A stretch of DNA of 64,000 nt. It comes from a virus. Shown here one piece after another: positions 46,369 through 56,818 of this stretch. Location: positions 48,802 to 112,801 of IMG/VR virus record IMGVR_UViG_3300009130_001466, one strand, 5' to 3'. Made by a program: the position numbers and the translations under genes. Position 1 is the stretch's first letter; the number at the start of each line of letters is the position of its first letter. Below the pieces are notes generated by a model that worked only from the letters and a program-made list of their open reading frames with translations, was not told where the DNA came from and did not search any database.

Positions 46369-48622
46369 GATGTAAACCAGTATGTCTTAATATTCCAATA
46401 TGTCAAACATAATTTAAATAAATTTAAAAAAACTTAGGCAGGAATCATATTGGGATCGGGACACTATTCTAGAACTAGCTGATTCGTCTGTCGTTTAATT
46501 TGTGCCGACCGAGCGACGCACAAAACCTAAGCTAAATTTTTGTTTGATTACTTTTGCTGAAGAAATGGTTGCATGGCTCTAGCTTGCTCAATCATAGCCT
46601 CACCAAATTTTTCGTGCGATTCTGGGTCTTGCTCATTCAGTTCTTGCAACGCTCCCAGTAATCGAAAGGTTTTTTCTGTTAGGTTGTCGATGGGTGTTTT
46701 AGTTTCCATTATGTAAATTTATCGTGATGATGTTTTTTTAGTATATCTATTAAGATGTTTATTTTTTTGTTTTGTATTTTTATTTGCTCCTCCACAGACT
46801 CAGTTAATCGTTCTTGTTTTTCTATGCGGTTTTCCAACTCTATAATATCAGAACCTAAGCAATAAAATGATGCGATTAAAAGACCTGCCAATATTCCCAC
46901 AACTATAATCGAAAAAGTTTTTGGCTTTGGTTTGTGGGGGTCAATATTTGGCTTCATAATTATTTGGCGACAGATTCTATATTGATACCATTATTCATGA
47001 GGTCTTGTTCAGTTGTAATGTCATGCCCCTCATCTTTAAATAATTTAAAAATATCTTCCATGCTTTCAAATTCGGCGGGTTCATTGTTATTCTCTACATC
47101 CAGTAGATACTCTTTCCCATCTGGGAATTTGTCTCTCTGGCTTCCTTGTATATTTCTAAAGATTCTGAGTTTCATTGTTTACTTTGCCTCCTTGCTAAAA
47201 TCATATTTTATGCCATTAATGAGGTCGTCCATCAAGAAAGATGAGACAATGGCACAGGCATCTGCCTCTCCGTAGTCGCGATCTTTGGCATAGTCTGCCG
47301 CATGTTCATTTAACTCTTGTGCCATATTTTTTAAATATTTAATTAATTCCCTTTTCTTGATTTTCATAGTAGTAGTATATTTGAAGTTGGCGCAAATGTC
47401 AAGCAATATTTGGATTTTTTTTGATTCCCAGTGGAATTTTTATTTCTCTAGTGTAATATGATATGTCAACGTGCGAAGGGTCGCACAATAATCCGCCCAA
47501 TTTTTTTAAATTTTTTTAAATTCTGCTTTAAGGAAAACCTAGTAGTAGTCTCGAAACAACCAATAAAATTGTTTTGTAAACTTAACAAGCACTCGATTTA
47601 AACCAAGACAGTCAAGCAGTATATTTGGTCGAGTTATAATTCGGCAACAGATCCTATTGAAATTACGATTTCACCATAGGAATTTTTTGTTTATGGCTAT
47701 AATGCGATATTTGAAATAATTTCTATTCCCACCAGATTAGTTTAGATTGTTGTTTTTTTGTTTTAATCCTTCTACTTTCAGCCAAAAGTTATAGTGAAAT
47801 GCACTAGCCATTGTTGGAATGAAAAAGAACGTGTCGTACGCTATGCCGCCTACGCAGTAGGCTAGACGCACAGCGGTAATAAAAACCCCATAGAATGGAG
47901 TAATAATTGCGCCTATGATAAAGCATAGTACCATGCCTAAATAATATTGTGTTTTTGTCGTCATATTTTAATCGAATAATATTTTTTGTTGTTTTATAGA
48001 GAGAAAAGGGAGAATACCCATCCCATCTTTTTAACCATTTTATATAATATAATTATCTTTCTCTTTTACTTATACTATATCCTTTATTCTATAAGGGTTG
48101 GGGAAGGATAGGAGGGTAGGGAAAGCGAGGGAATTTGGGGTGTAAAAGGGCTAAAGTAAGGGGTAAAAAGGGGTAAACGTACTGCAAACGCAAACAGAAT
48201 TTAAATAAATTTTAAAATAAAACATAATACGTTGTAGTTATAGTTTTTTGTAGTTTGTAATCAATTTGTTTTTTTTACTGCTCCATTTGCAACTATGCTC
48301 TGTAAATCGCCCTCAAGGTTATTATAAGCATAACAAGGGCTATGTTCACCTGCTTCCTCTCTAAAGAGTTCTAGGAGGTCTTGTGCCTCATTCTGGAGCA
48401 ATACTTTGTTGTCGATAGCTTTACGGATAATTCGGATTGCTTGTGTTTCGTATGCGTCCATTATTAGGAATTTGTTTCTGACTTTTTGAGAGCGTGATAC
48501 ATTACTTCTTCAGTTACTTCATCTTCAAACTCTGCGGCAGAAGATGGATCAATAGAATTGAGTTTTGCCAAAATCTTGACCAAGACTTGTTCTGATAGTG
48601 TTAGTTTTTCTAGTTTCATATT

Positions 48623-49114
48623 TTATACTTTATACTTTATAATAAATCCTTTTAGGTTAAATTCTTCTAGGGCTTCTTTAATAATACTCTCTACGATTTT
48701 CCAATCTCCACCTCCTAGTCCACACCCCATTCCGTAGGGAAAACCACAAATTGCATCATCACAGTATCCAGAGAACGTAGTATGGTCATCTAAGCAACGC
48801 CTCAAAGCGTCCCTTAAAGCAAAATAATCAGTCGGAATACCCCAAACACTATCCTCACCCAATCTTTGACCATAGAGATTCACCACCAATTTATAATCTT
48901 TAGAGTCTCCACTTACAAGTGCTTGAGTATAATGCCCCAATCTTTCTTTTCCTTTTGGCACGAAATAATCCTTGTCTGCTTTATGTGCTTGTGGATAACG
49001 CTTACGAATTTGTGATGCGATTCCTGCACCCATAACATTTTCTGTATTAGCTTGATGGAATATCATGTTAATCCCATTTGGGAAGTCTAATAGATTTCCT
49101 TGTATTGTCTGCAT
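48623..49114 (-). CDS. macrodomain (ADP-ribose processing) protein
   Basis: HQAN...MGAGIA, NLYGQ, PYGMGCGLGGGDW. Confidence 0.88.
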   Translation of the reverse strand: MQTIQGNLLDFPNGINMIFHQANTENVMGAGIASQIRKRYPQAHKADKDYFVPKGKERLGHYTQALVSGDSKDYKLVVNLYGQRLGEDSVWGIPTDYFALRDALRRCLDDHTTFSGYCDDAICGFPYGMGCGLGGGDWKIVESIIKEALEEFNLKGFIIKYKV

Positions 49115-49131
49115 ATTTTTTTTAAATTTTT

Positions 49132-49677
49132 TTAAATTGTTGTGGCGATGATTTTTTCTACTGAGTAGTCATACCAATGAGGTTTGTTTGCTTTCCAGTT
49201 TGCTAGGTGAGCCTTGTCAATCTTGTAATACAGTCTATATTGTAAGACAGGGTGCAGATCGCCAAAATTCTTTATCTTGCGACATTCTGAATCTTCTGAT
49301 ATGGCGATGGCAAAATCTTCTTGCTTTCCATCTGGGATATAATCAATCAAAGAAAATAGTTTGGTAATAACGCCTTCGCAAAAATGAGTTTTGTTGTAGC
49401 GTTCTGTATATTCTTTAGCTAAGGATAAACCATGATGACATAACCACTCGAAATTTCCTTTGGTATTACCTGCCCAAATTGAGCTAGGATGATGATGATA
49501 CCCACCCTTGACTGGTGTGCCTTTCTTAGATAGGGGTAAAAGGTGAGTTGGAGTCTTGTGTCGAATCACAGCACAGGATAGACATTGCATGATCTCTGTA
49601 ACCATTTTGACACAATGTTTGTCGTTGTGCCACTTTGCGGCTACTTCGTGATCTGTTGATAAAGCAAAAATGTTCAT
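49132..49677 (-). CDS. pyrimidine-dimer DNA glycosylase-like (DenV family) protein
   Basis: MNIFAL, DKHCVKM..E..Q.LS, HHPSSIW, EYTERY.KTH. Confidence 0.75.
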   Translation of the reverse strand: MNIFALSTDHEVAAKWHNDKHCVKMVTEIMQCLSCAVIRHKTPTHLLPLSKKGTPVKGGYHHHPSSIWAGNTKGNFEWLCHHGLSLAKEYTERYNKTHFCEGVITKLFSLIDYIPDGKQEDFAIAISEDSECRKIKNFGDLHPVLQYRLYYKIDKAHLANWKANKPHWYDYSVEKIIATTI

Positions 49678-51649
49678 AATGTTACAGTATATATGTTAGT
49701 TTGTTTGTCAATAAAAAAGTATCGAGCTTTTATGTAGTTACTCGAAAGGTGATGAAAGTGACCACAGAAGTAATCAAAACTGCGCTACAATACCCCACAA
49801 TGCAAATAGAGTTTTTTTAAATTTTTTAAAATTCTATTGATCCGCCATATATGTCAGCAAACTGCATGAAGTCTTCTGCAAGTGATTGGATGCAATTCCA
49901 AGTTTCATCTGGAGGAGAAGTTTCTAAAGCTTCCCAAGCATTATCTAACAGAAAGTTGATAATGTCATCTTCCGACATTTCTTCCCAATTGTTTGGCAAC
50001 GGCTCAGTTAAGAAATGAGACGATGCGTATACATAAGATGCTGTTTTTACTTTCATAATTTGTTTTTCTTAATAATCGGTTGATTCCATAACGGAGCAGA
50101 TTGTAGCTACATAGGTTGTAGAATCATCTAACAACTCTTTGTACGTTAAAATAGCGTCTTCGTAATCTTCAAAGAACTCCCAATGATCTTGAGGCTCTTG
50201 CTCTTTTGTTTTCTGTGTACAGTATGCCACTATATATCCCATAATTTATAAGCTTTCCTTTGGATAAACGATTGTCCAGTTTCCGTTGCCATCAAGACCA
50301 ACGACATTAAAATCAGCAAATTCAATTGCTTCATCTACATCCATGCCATGAGGCTCTTTAGTAAACACTTCAACAATAGCATCGTAATCGTACACCAAAT
50401 ATCCTTTGGTATCAACACCGATAATAGCATCGTTGAGTCCGTCTAGTTTTAAACAATCTTCTGCGATGATGTTTTGCAGTTCGATTGGTAGTTCATCATT
50501 TGTTTTGTTTTCTGTATCCATGCCGCAATTATAAGGTATAAATCAAATAACGTCAACACAAAAGAGGAATTAATGATGTTTAATTCTTGTTAGGATTCTC
50601 TCCACCTTCGCTGTCTTTGCAGGTCAAAAATTCTTCGTAGAACTCAGAGCTTTCTGCCTCAGTTATCAAGTTGGACGCTACCATCCTCTCTAGGTATTCC
50701 TTGGTTACATCTGTCGATTTCGACTCCTCGACGATGCGATTGAACCAAATCAAGTCTTGTGCCAGAGCTTCGATGAGTTCCGCAACAGCCAGAGGATGGC
50801 TATCTTCAAGGAAATACTTTTTGTTCTCGTTAATGAATTGCAACAGCTCTTCTCTATCCATGTCTCCGTAATTATCTGGAAACTCAATGTTGAGAAAATT
50901 AGATGATGCGAGAATGTTTGCTTCAGTTTCGATGTTCATGATTTAATGATGTTTAATTCTTGTTAAGATTTTAAGCACTTCTTTTTTGTGTGCTACTTCT
51001 TTTTTGTGCAGAAGGTCATCCATATCCATTGTAGGTAGGAACGCTTGACCTTCGTTTAATTCTAGCCAATTTTTGACTTCTTTAATTTGTTTTTCCACCC
51101 AAGGTATTTTCATAATCTTTTAATTGGATTAGCTCTTGTTTACCTTCAACCTTGACTAGAACTTCATAGTTTTTGCCACTCATTGATTTCATGTGTCTTG
51201 CACAATCTTTCGCCCAAGCTAATGATTGAGGTAGTTTTGTTGAGTAGAAGTTTGAAACACTTTTGCTTTCATCTTCTACTACGACATAATTTGCGTTTAC
51301 TTGCATATTTTTTTAAATTTTTAAAAATTTTAGATAGGTTGTTTTTTTGTAAGGGGACAGGTAGATGTCTTCGCTACCTGCCCCCAAGCTTTTTGTTTTT
51401 TTAATCGAGTGCTACTGCATCTACGATGTCTAGGGAGTTTACCATTGGATCAATATTAAAGTGTGTAGATAACACATCTTCAAAAGCTCCCATAGTTGTT
51501 TCTAGCTTTTCAGCTTCGTCTCCTTCTAGGTTGTAAGTGATAATTTCGCTTTTGTTCGACGTTACCGCTTGGATTATGATTTTCTTTAATTTACTCATTT
51601 GGAAAGCTGTGAAGCCAAATTAAAAAGATAATAAAATATATAAATACCA

Positions 51650-52510
51650 CTAATACTGTTCATTTTCGTATTCTTCGTCACTATAATCTTCATTATAATC
51701 GTTATCTTCTTCGGTATTACCATTTGTATAAACCCCATAAAAAGGTTTGGTAATCTCAGCATCGTCTTGAATCTCGATTTCTTCGATGATCTCATACATT
51801 GATACACGGAGCTTTTGGCAATTACAATCTTGAGGAACGCTTACTGCATCAGCAGGATTAAAGCGAACCATGAGAAGCTTGCCGCCACCCGCCCAAGACT
51901 TAGCATAATCGAACGAACCAACGTGCAGACCATGAGAGCAGTTGTTGCGACGATCATCATCAACGCATCGACGCATCACTTCTATAGTGTCACCGACACG
52001 ATTCATAATTTGACCGCGCTCATTGACTTCTCCCTGTAGTACTGTTGTTTGGGTGTTGCCAGACTTTGACCAACCATCAACAGCTACACCCTTGTAGGCA
52101 ATAACATAGCCCTCATCATCAATCGGTAGAGACTTGTAAGATAAGAAGTCATACAGTTCATCGACAGACGACTTGCTTGGGTTGTCTAGCAAATTTTTAA
52201 TAAATTTAATAAAAGGTGCAGACGTTGACATTCCAGACTCAAGCAATTCAAGAAGCTTATCTACAACTGCTCCATGCAAACGCTCGGAGTAATAGTAAAC
52301 TGCTCCATCCTTGATAGACAATTCGCCATCGGAAAATTCCTTAATAGAAGTTTTAATGTCGAGGTAATTGATTGCGGCTTCAAAGTCTGCACTCATTAAC
52401 GCCTTTTTGAATGGCGCGAAGTTTGGCTGACTTGCTGACAGGGTGTAAGGCTTGCCCTCATAAATGAGAGTTGCGCTTTCATCTGACACGATATATGGTA
52501 TATTTTCCAT
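51650..52510 (-). CDS. rIIB: rIIB-like protein
   Basis: NPS..SVDELYDFL, PI..DG..IAYKGV, CSHGLHV, DAVSVP.D...KLRV. Confidence 0.85.
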   Translation of the reverse strand: MENIPYIVSDESATLIYEGKPYTLSASQPNFAPFKKALMSADFEAAINYLDIKTSIKEFSDGELSIKDGAVYYYSERLHGAVVDKLLELLESGMSTSAPFIKFIKNLLDNPSKSSVDELYDFLSYKSLPIDDEGYVIAYKGVAVDGWSKSGNTQTTVLQGEVNERGQIMNRVGDTIEVMRRCVDDDRRNNCSHGLHVGSFDYAKSWAGGGKLLMVRFNPADAVSVPQDCNCQKLRVSMYEIIEEIEIQDDAEITKPFYGVYTNGNTEEDNDYNEDYSDEEYENEQY

Positions 52511-52568
52511 GTTTTTTCTTTAGTTTGGTTTTGGTTTTTACGATTAAATTTACACTACTTATAATAAA

Positions 52569-53324
52569 TTACTTGGCACTATTGTCAAGGGTAGAAGCCC
52601 AATACCAACAGTTTGGTTGATTCTTTTTTCTGTTCCAGTATATTGCCCTCGAAATTGCAGGTGATACGTTGTACATATTAGACATATCTATCCAGTGTTG
52701 CTCGATCTCGCGATACTTATCGCTATGCTTTGATTGGTCGTAACCATAAGCTTGAAATAAATGTGTATCAGCGCAAAACACTTGAACATCAAAGGTATAA
52801 ATCATTTCCAAAGCGAAGGACACCTTTGCCATACCTAGTCCGAGAATCTCTTTTACTAGACCATCACGGAAGCTCGCCCAAGACTGATCTTTTTTAAATT
52901 TAAATAAATTTGGATTCTGCCAAAATTTTGTGGCGAACTGACTGATAAATTTAGTGCGGTTGTTATACATACCAACTCCACTTTCGATCAGCTTCTCCTT
53001 TAGCACATCGCAACGATTAAACCATTCGGTAAAGTCTTTGATGGCAAGGTAGCCTCGCATATTCGATTCATAAGAAGTGTGGACTGAACAAAAAGCAAAG
53101 AGCCACTTTTGGAACACTTCCATATCGTTTGTGCATTTTAGTTTTTCCCATACCACGCCATGCTCGATAATTTCATCTTCTGTTATTGACTCAAAGAAAC
53201 GCTCAACGTCTCGCTTGTCGCACTTTTGAACATGGACGCGGTTGCGATCATCCAAGAAGGAAAGTTGTTGTGCCTCTTGTTTTTTAATGTGAGGAAGGAA
53301 GTCTAGTTGGGTTTCTGTTATCAT
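52569..53324 (-). CDS. HhH-family DNA glycosylase-like protein
   Basis: HhH ILGLGMAKVSFAL followed by CADTHL; own promoter. Confidence 0.65.
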   Translation of the reverse strand: MITETQLDFLPHIKKQEAQQLSFLDDRNRVHVQKCDKRDVERFFESITEDEIIEHGVVWEKLKCTNDMEVFQKWLFAFCSVHTSYESNMRGYLAIKDFTEWFNRCDVLKEKLIESGVGMYNNRTKFISQFATKFWQNPNLFKFKKDQSWASFRDGLVKEILGLGMAKVSFALEMIYTFDVQVFCADTHLFQAYGYDQSKHSDKYREIEQHWIDMSNMYNVSPAISRAIYWNRKKNQPNCWYWASTLDNSAK

Positions 53325-53426
53325 ATTGCTTACTATAGTGATTTTTGTAGTTATGTCAATGCTTTTTTTGAAAAAATGCCTATCCGTGAAGAAACCACTC
53401 TCCACGGATAGGACTTTCTATGATAA

Positions 53427-55526
53427 CTACCAGTTTTTGACGTAATTGATAACGTCAGATAGATCTTGATCTCCTCGACGCAAGCTTGTGCAGTTGGCAA
53501 GGCGTTTGATTAAAGGATATTTTTCGTTAAACTCTTTCACGGCTTCCTGCTCTTTTGTAATCTTTGGCTTAACTAAATCTAGGTCAGCTAGAACTCTTAA
53601 TTCTCCTTGAGCAGTATGTATATTGCTTCTTTTCCCAAAAACCTTTTTTAAATTTTTAATAATTTGATTAGAGGGCAATTCTTCAGAGGCTTTATCAACA
53701 AGATTAGAAACCGCTTTCCAATCATGCCCAAATTCATTATAAAGGTCGCGGTCTATCGCATTAAAATCAATCTTGTTTTGAATTGAGTTAGATTTTTTAA
53801 TCCAATCAGCATAAACATTTTCAAGTGGAATCCAGTTGGCTTTCTTTTCTACCTTCTTTAAAGCAGAAGAACGAATACCATATACTTCTTTAAAGTCGGG
53901 ATTGATGTCTTTTAATTCACTAATAAATCCCCTAGCTTTAGAAGGGCAATCTGATTCTAAAAACGCACTACCATCAATTTTTTGGAATTTGTTTGCGTAA
54001 TACCGAACGTAATAATACGTTTCGTTATCTGAAAAATCTTCGTTTTTAGCTTCCCAGAAATCGGCTTGCGAGTAATGATACGCATTGCCAAAAGAACCAA
54101 ATAACATCACATCACTACCTGCAAGTGGAGAACCAGATGACTTTTTTTGTGTTGTTTTCTTTGTTATCGTTCGCTCACATTCAGAGAGAAGTTTGACTTT
54201 GGTAGACTTCATCATTTTAAAACGATTGAGTGCATTATTTTTAGCCTCATCTGTTTCTGCGACAAGAACAACAGCCTCTTCGTTGTCAGCTAAGAAAGAC
54301 AAACGATTTGCGAGTGATCGAGGTGATACACCATCATCAATAATAAAAAATTTATCTTTTTTCGGGTAAAACATATCAGAATAAGAATAGCGGGGATTTC
54401 TAAATCCCAATTTACCATTACGATTATAAGAAACATTTGTTACTTTATAATTTTTCTTAAACAATGCAGAACTAACGAATTCGCCGCCAAATTTATTTTC
54501 GTCAAAATCCGCAGATACAGCTTTCTTAGAAAAATGTCTAGCATAAGTAGATATGACTGATAAATGTATTTTGGACGCTTCGTACAGACAATCGCAAGAA
54601 TCAAATTTTAATTTTAGTTGCGCTTTTAGAGCATTTGCGATTTTATCGGAAGCTTCTTTTAGCTTTTCAACAGTTTGATTGTTGTACTCTAAGGATTCAC
54701 GACTATGGTGCAATTTAAACTCACCAATTTCTGCTTTATATACTACCCCACGTACAAAGTTTTCGGGAGCATGATCGGTAACAGGGTACATTATGCCACC
54801 CATCAGAACGTAAGCTTTGTTACACTCTTCATTTTGAGACGAACGCCTCCAGTAATCCGTGTTTTCGTCAGTGAAATAATCAAAGGTGTCACAAGATATT
54901 TCCGCTTCGATATACTCAAAGGAGTCATTTTTAATGTTTAGATTGCCTTGTAGGTATCGAGAGAAATTTTTAAATTTTTTATTAAAATCTTCAATGTGTT
55001 GGTTTTCAATAGGCACTTGTATATAAATACCATTAGGTTCTTCAGAATTTTTCTCAGAGCAAAGGCGGCTTACAACTGTATCATCGTTTTCATCAACACG
55101 GATTGAATAAGATGTTTTAAAACCTTCGTTTACAGATATAACAATAAAAGAATCTGTGTACGATAAAGGAGCAAAACGTCCAATGCCAAAACCTCCAATT
55201 GAGTTGTTGCTACCACGTTTGGTTGATTTGCCATACTTGGTGTATAGACCCATCATATCTTCTTCGCTCAGACCTGTGCCGTAATCACGCACAATAAAGT
55301 TTGGCTCAATTTTTGTAGGTAATTGAATATCTATCTTCTTACCATTACTAACGTCAATAGCATTTGCGACGATCTCACGCATTGTTGCGAGAATAGTGTC
55401 GGAATAATTGTTGCGAAGCAGACTCGCGATATAACGCATATCTTCTGCATCAATAGAGCAAGATGCTGATTTAAGATTTGCGGATTGAGTGATGTTTTTG
55501 GTTTGGTTTGTAATTATCATGCTCAT
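53427..55526 (-). CDS. rIIA: rIIA-like protein (N-terminal GHKL ATPase)
   Basis: REIVANAID, VRDYGTGLS, YGKSTKR, IGGFGIG, SRESLEY. Confidence 0.85.
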   Translation of the reverse strand: MSMIITNQTKNITQSANLKSASCSIDAEDMRYIASLLRNNYSDTILATMREIVANAIDVSNGKKIDIQLPTKIEPNFIVRDYGTGLSEEDMMGLYTKYGKSTKRGSNNSIGGFGIGRFAPLSYTDSFIVISVNEGFKTSYSIRVDENDDTVVSRLCSEKNSEEPNGIYIQVPIENQHIEDFNKKFKNFSRYLQGNLNIKNDSFEYIEAEISCDTFDYFTDENTDYWRRSSQNEECNKAYVLMGGIMYPVTDHAPENFVRGVVYKAEIGEFKLHHSRESLEYNNQTVEKLKEASDKIANALKAQLKLKFDSCDCLYEASKIHLSVISTYARHFSKKAVSADFDENKFGGEFVSSALFKKNYKVTNVSYNRNGKLGFRNPRYSYSDMFYPKKDKFFIIDDGVSPRSLANRLSFLADNEEAVVLVAETDEAKNNALNRFKMMKSTKVKLLSECERTITKKTTQKKSSGSPLAGSDVMLFGSFGNAYHYSQADFWEAKNEDFSDNETYYYVRYYANKFQKIDGSAFLESDCPSKARGFISELKDINPDFKEVYGIRSSALKKVEKKANWIPLENVYADWIKKSNSIQNKIDFNAIDRDLYNEFGHDWKAVSNLVDKASEELPSNQIIKNLKKVFGKRSNIHTAQGELRVLADLDLVKPKITKEQEAVKEFNEKYPLIKRLANCTSLRRGDQDLSDVINYVKNW

Positions 55527-55598
55527 TAATATGGCATAATTTTATCAAAAGTCAATACCTAAAACAAAAAAAAGTGATCACAATCTGTGACCACTTTG

Positions 55599-55623
55599 TA
55601 AGTCCTTGAAAAAGAACTACTTA
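55599..55623. repeat. solitary degenerate 25-bp palindrome box upstream of the rIIA promoter
   Basis: TAAGTCCTTGAAAAAGAACTACTTA. Confidence 0.55.
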
Positions 55624-55779
55624 TGTAAGAAAAAAGTTTACTTTTTGCCAATAAGTTTCTTGCCGAAACTGACAACAGACTCAACTACGCCCGTATGCTT
55701 TCTTCCAACAAGTATGCCAACTACAAAGCCAACTAGAAAAATGATAATTGTTTCCATGTTTTTTTAAATTTTAAAAATT

Positions 55780-56112
55780 TTACTTTCCACCCTTTTTAGG
55801 AGCGCGTTTCTTGACTGCTTTTTTCGTCGCTGTCTTTTTCTTGGCTTTTTTCTTAGGGGCTTTGCCTCCCTCCCACGCTTCGTTTTTGTTGGGAGTAGTT
55901 GGGTCATCCGCTAGATACTTACCCTTCTTACCTCTAGCTCGCTTTGGCTTACTAGGTGATGATGTTTTATTTGCCTTGTAATAGTTCGGTGACGATTTAC
56001 CTTTTTTAAGTCCGACAATAGTCAGAACGATAATCAACAAGACAATATATGTCGTTGGGCTTGAAACCAAAACTTGAAAAAGAGTTGGTTCGTTAATGAT
56101 TGTTTCTTCCAT
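55780..56112 (-). CDS. membrane-anchored Lys-rich protein
   Basis: One TM segment plus a basic tail. Confidence 0.6.
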   Translation of the reverse strand: MEETIINEPTLFQVLVSSPTTYIVLLIIVLTIVGLKKGKSSPNYYKANKTSSPSKPKRARGKKGKYLADDPTTPNKNEAWEGGKAPKKKAKKKTATKKAVKKRAPKKGGK

Positions 56113-56152
56113 AATATATATTTATTTGCGTTTTTTAAAATTTGTGAGCGAT

Positions 56153-56428
56153 TTATTTTTCTTCCGTCTTATGCTTGTCGGAGATATGGCGTTCTTCAAT
56201 TAGAATTTTTAACTTCGTATTAAGTCTAATCATATCTTTGTCGAGGGTTTGCACCTGCTTCTTGAGTTTACCTAATGAAGCCCCTACTTGACCCAATGCA
56301 GGGTTTACTTTTGTAGTAACCCATTTCCAAATGTGCCATACAAAAAATCCTAGTCCGATAATCGCAATTAGCGAAAATCCAAATTTACCGATTACATCAG
56401 CCCAATGTTGAAATTCATGTCCACTCAT
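56153..56428 (-). CDS. holin-like single-TM coiled-coil protein
   Basis: VIGKFGFSLIAIIGLGFFVWHIW followed by a coiled coil. Confidence 0.5.
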   Translation of the reverse strand: MSGHEFQHWADVIGKFGFSLIAIIGLGFFVWHIWKWVTTKVNPALGQVGASLGKLKKQVQTLDKDMIRLNTKLKILIEERHISDKHKTEEK

Positions 56429-56472
56429 AATGTCTTATTTGCATTATTATAAATCGAAAAGCCGTTTTTCAA

Positions 56473-56757
56473 CTAATCGTCTCTGCAATCTTCTTTTCCT
56501 TCACTTGCGGCGATTCTATTTATATTTGGCTGACAACCAAAAGCACAAGAAAACTGAGCATCAATCTTAACGATGTCATTGTTCATTGTATCTATTTGGT
56601 TTTCTATAGAAAGTAAAGATTTTGCTATACCGCTAATTCTATCAGTTACTTGAGCTAAAAGAAATTTTAAGATGATAAAAAGAAACCAACCAACAGTTAA
56701 AGCGGCTGTGATTGGAACACCTACTCTTTCTATAAAATTTAATATATCTCCTACCAT
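56473..56757 (-). CDS. holin-like single-TM coiled-coil protein (paralogue of the previous gene)
   Basis: FIERVGVPITAALTVGWFLF...MNNDIVKID. Confidence 0.5.
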   Translation of the reverse strand: MVGDILNFIERVGVPITAALTVGWFLFIILKFLLAQVTDRISGIAKSLLSIENQIDTMNNDIVKIDAQFSCAFGCQPNINRIAASEGKEDCRDD

Positions 56758-56818
56758 AATGCCTTATTTGCGTTTTTTTAAATTAGCGAGCGATTTCGCT
56801 AATATATTTACACATTAT

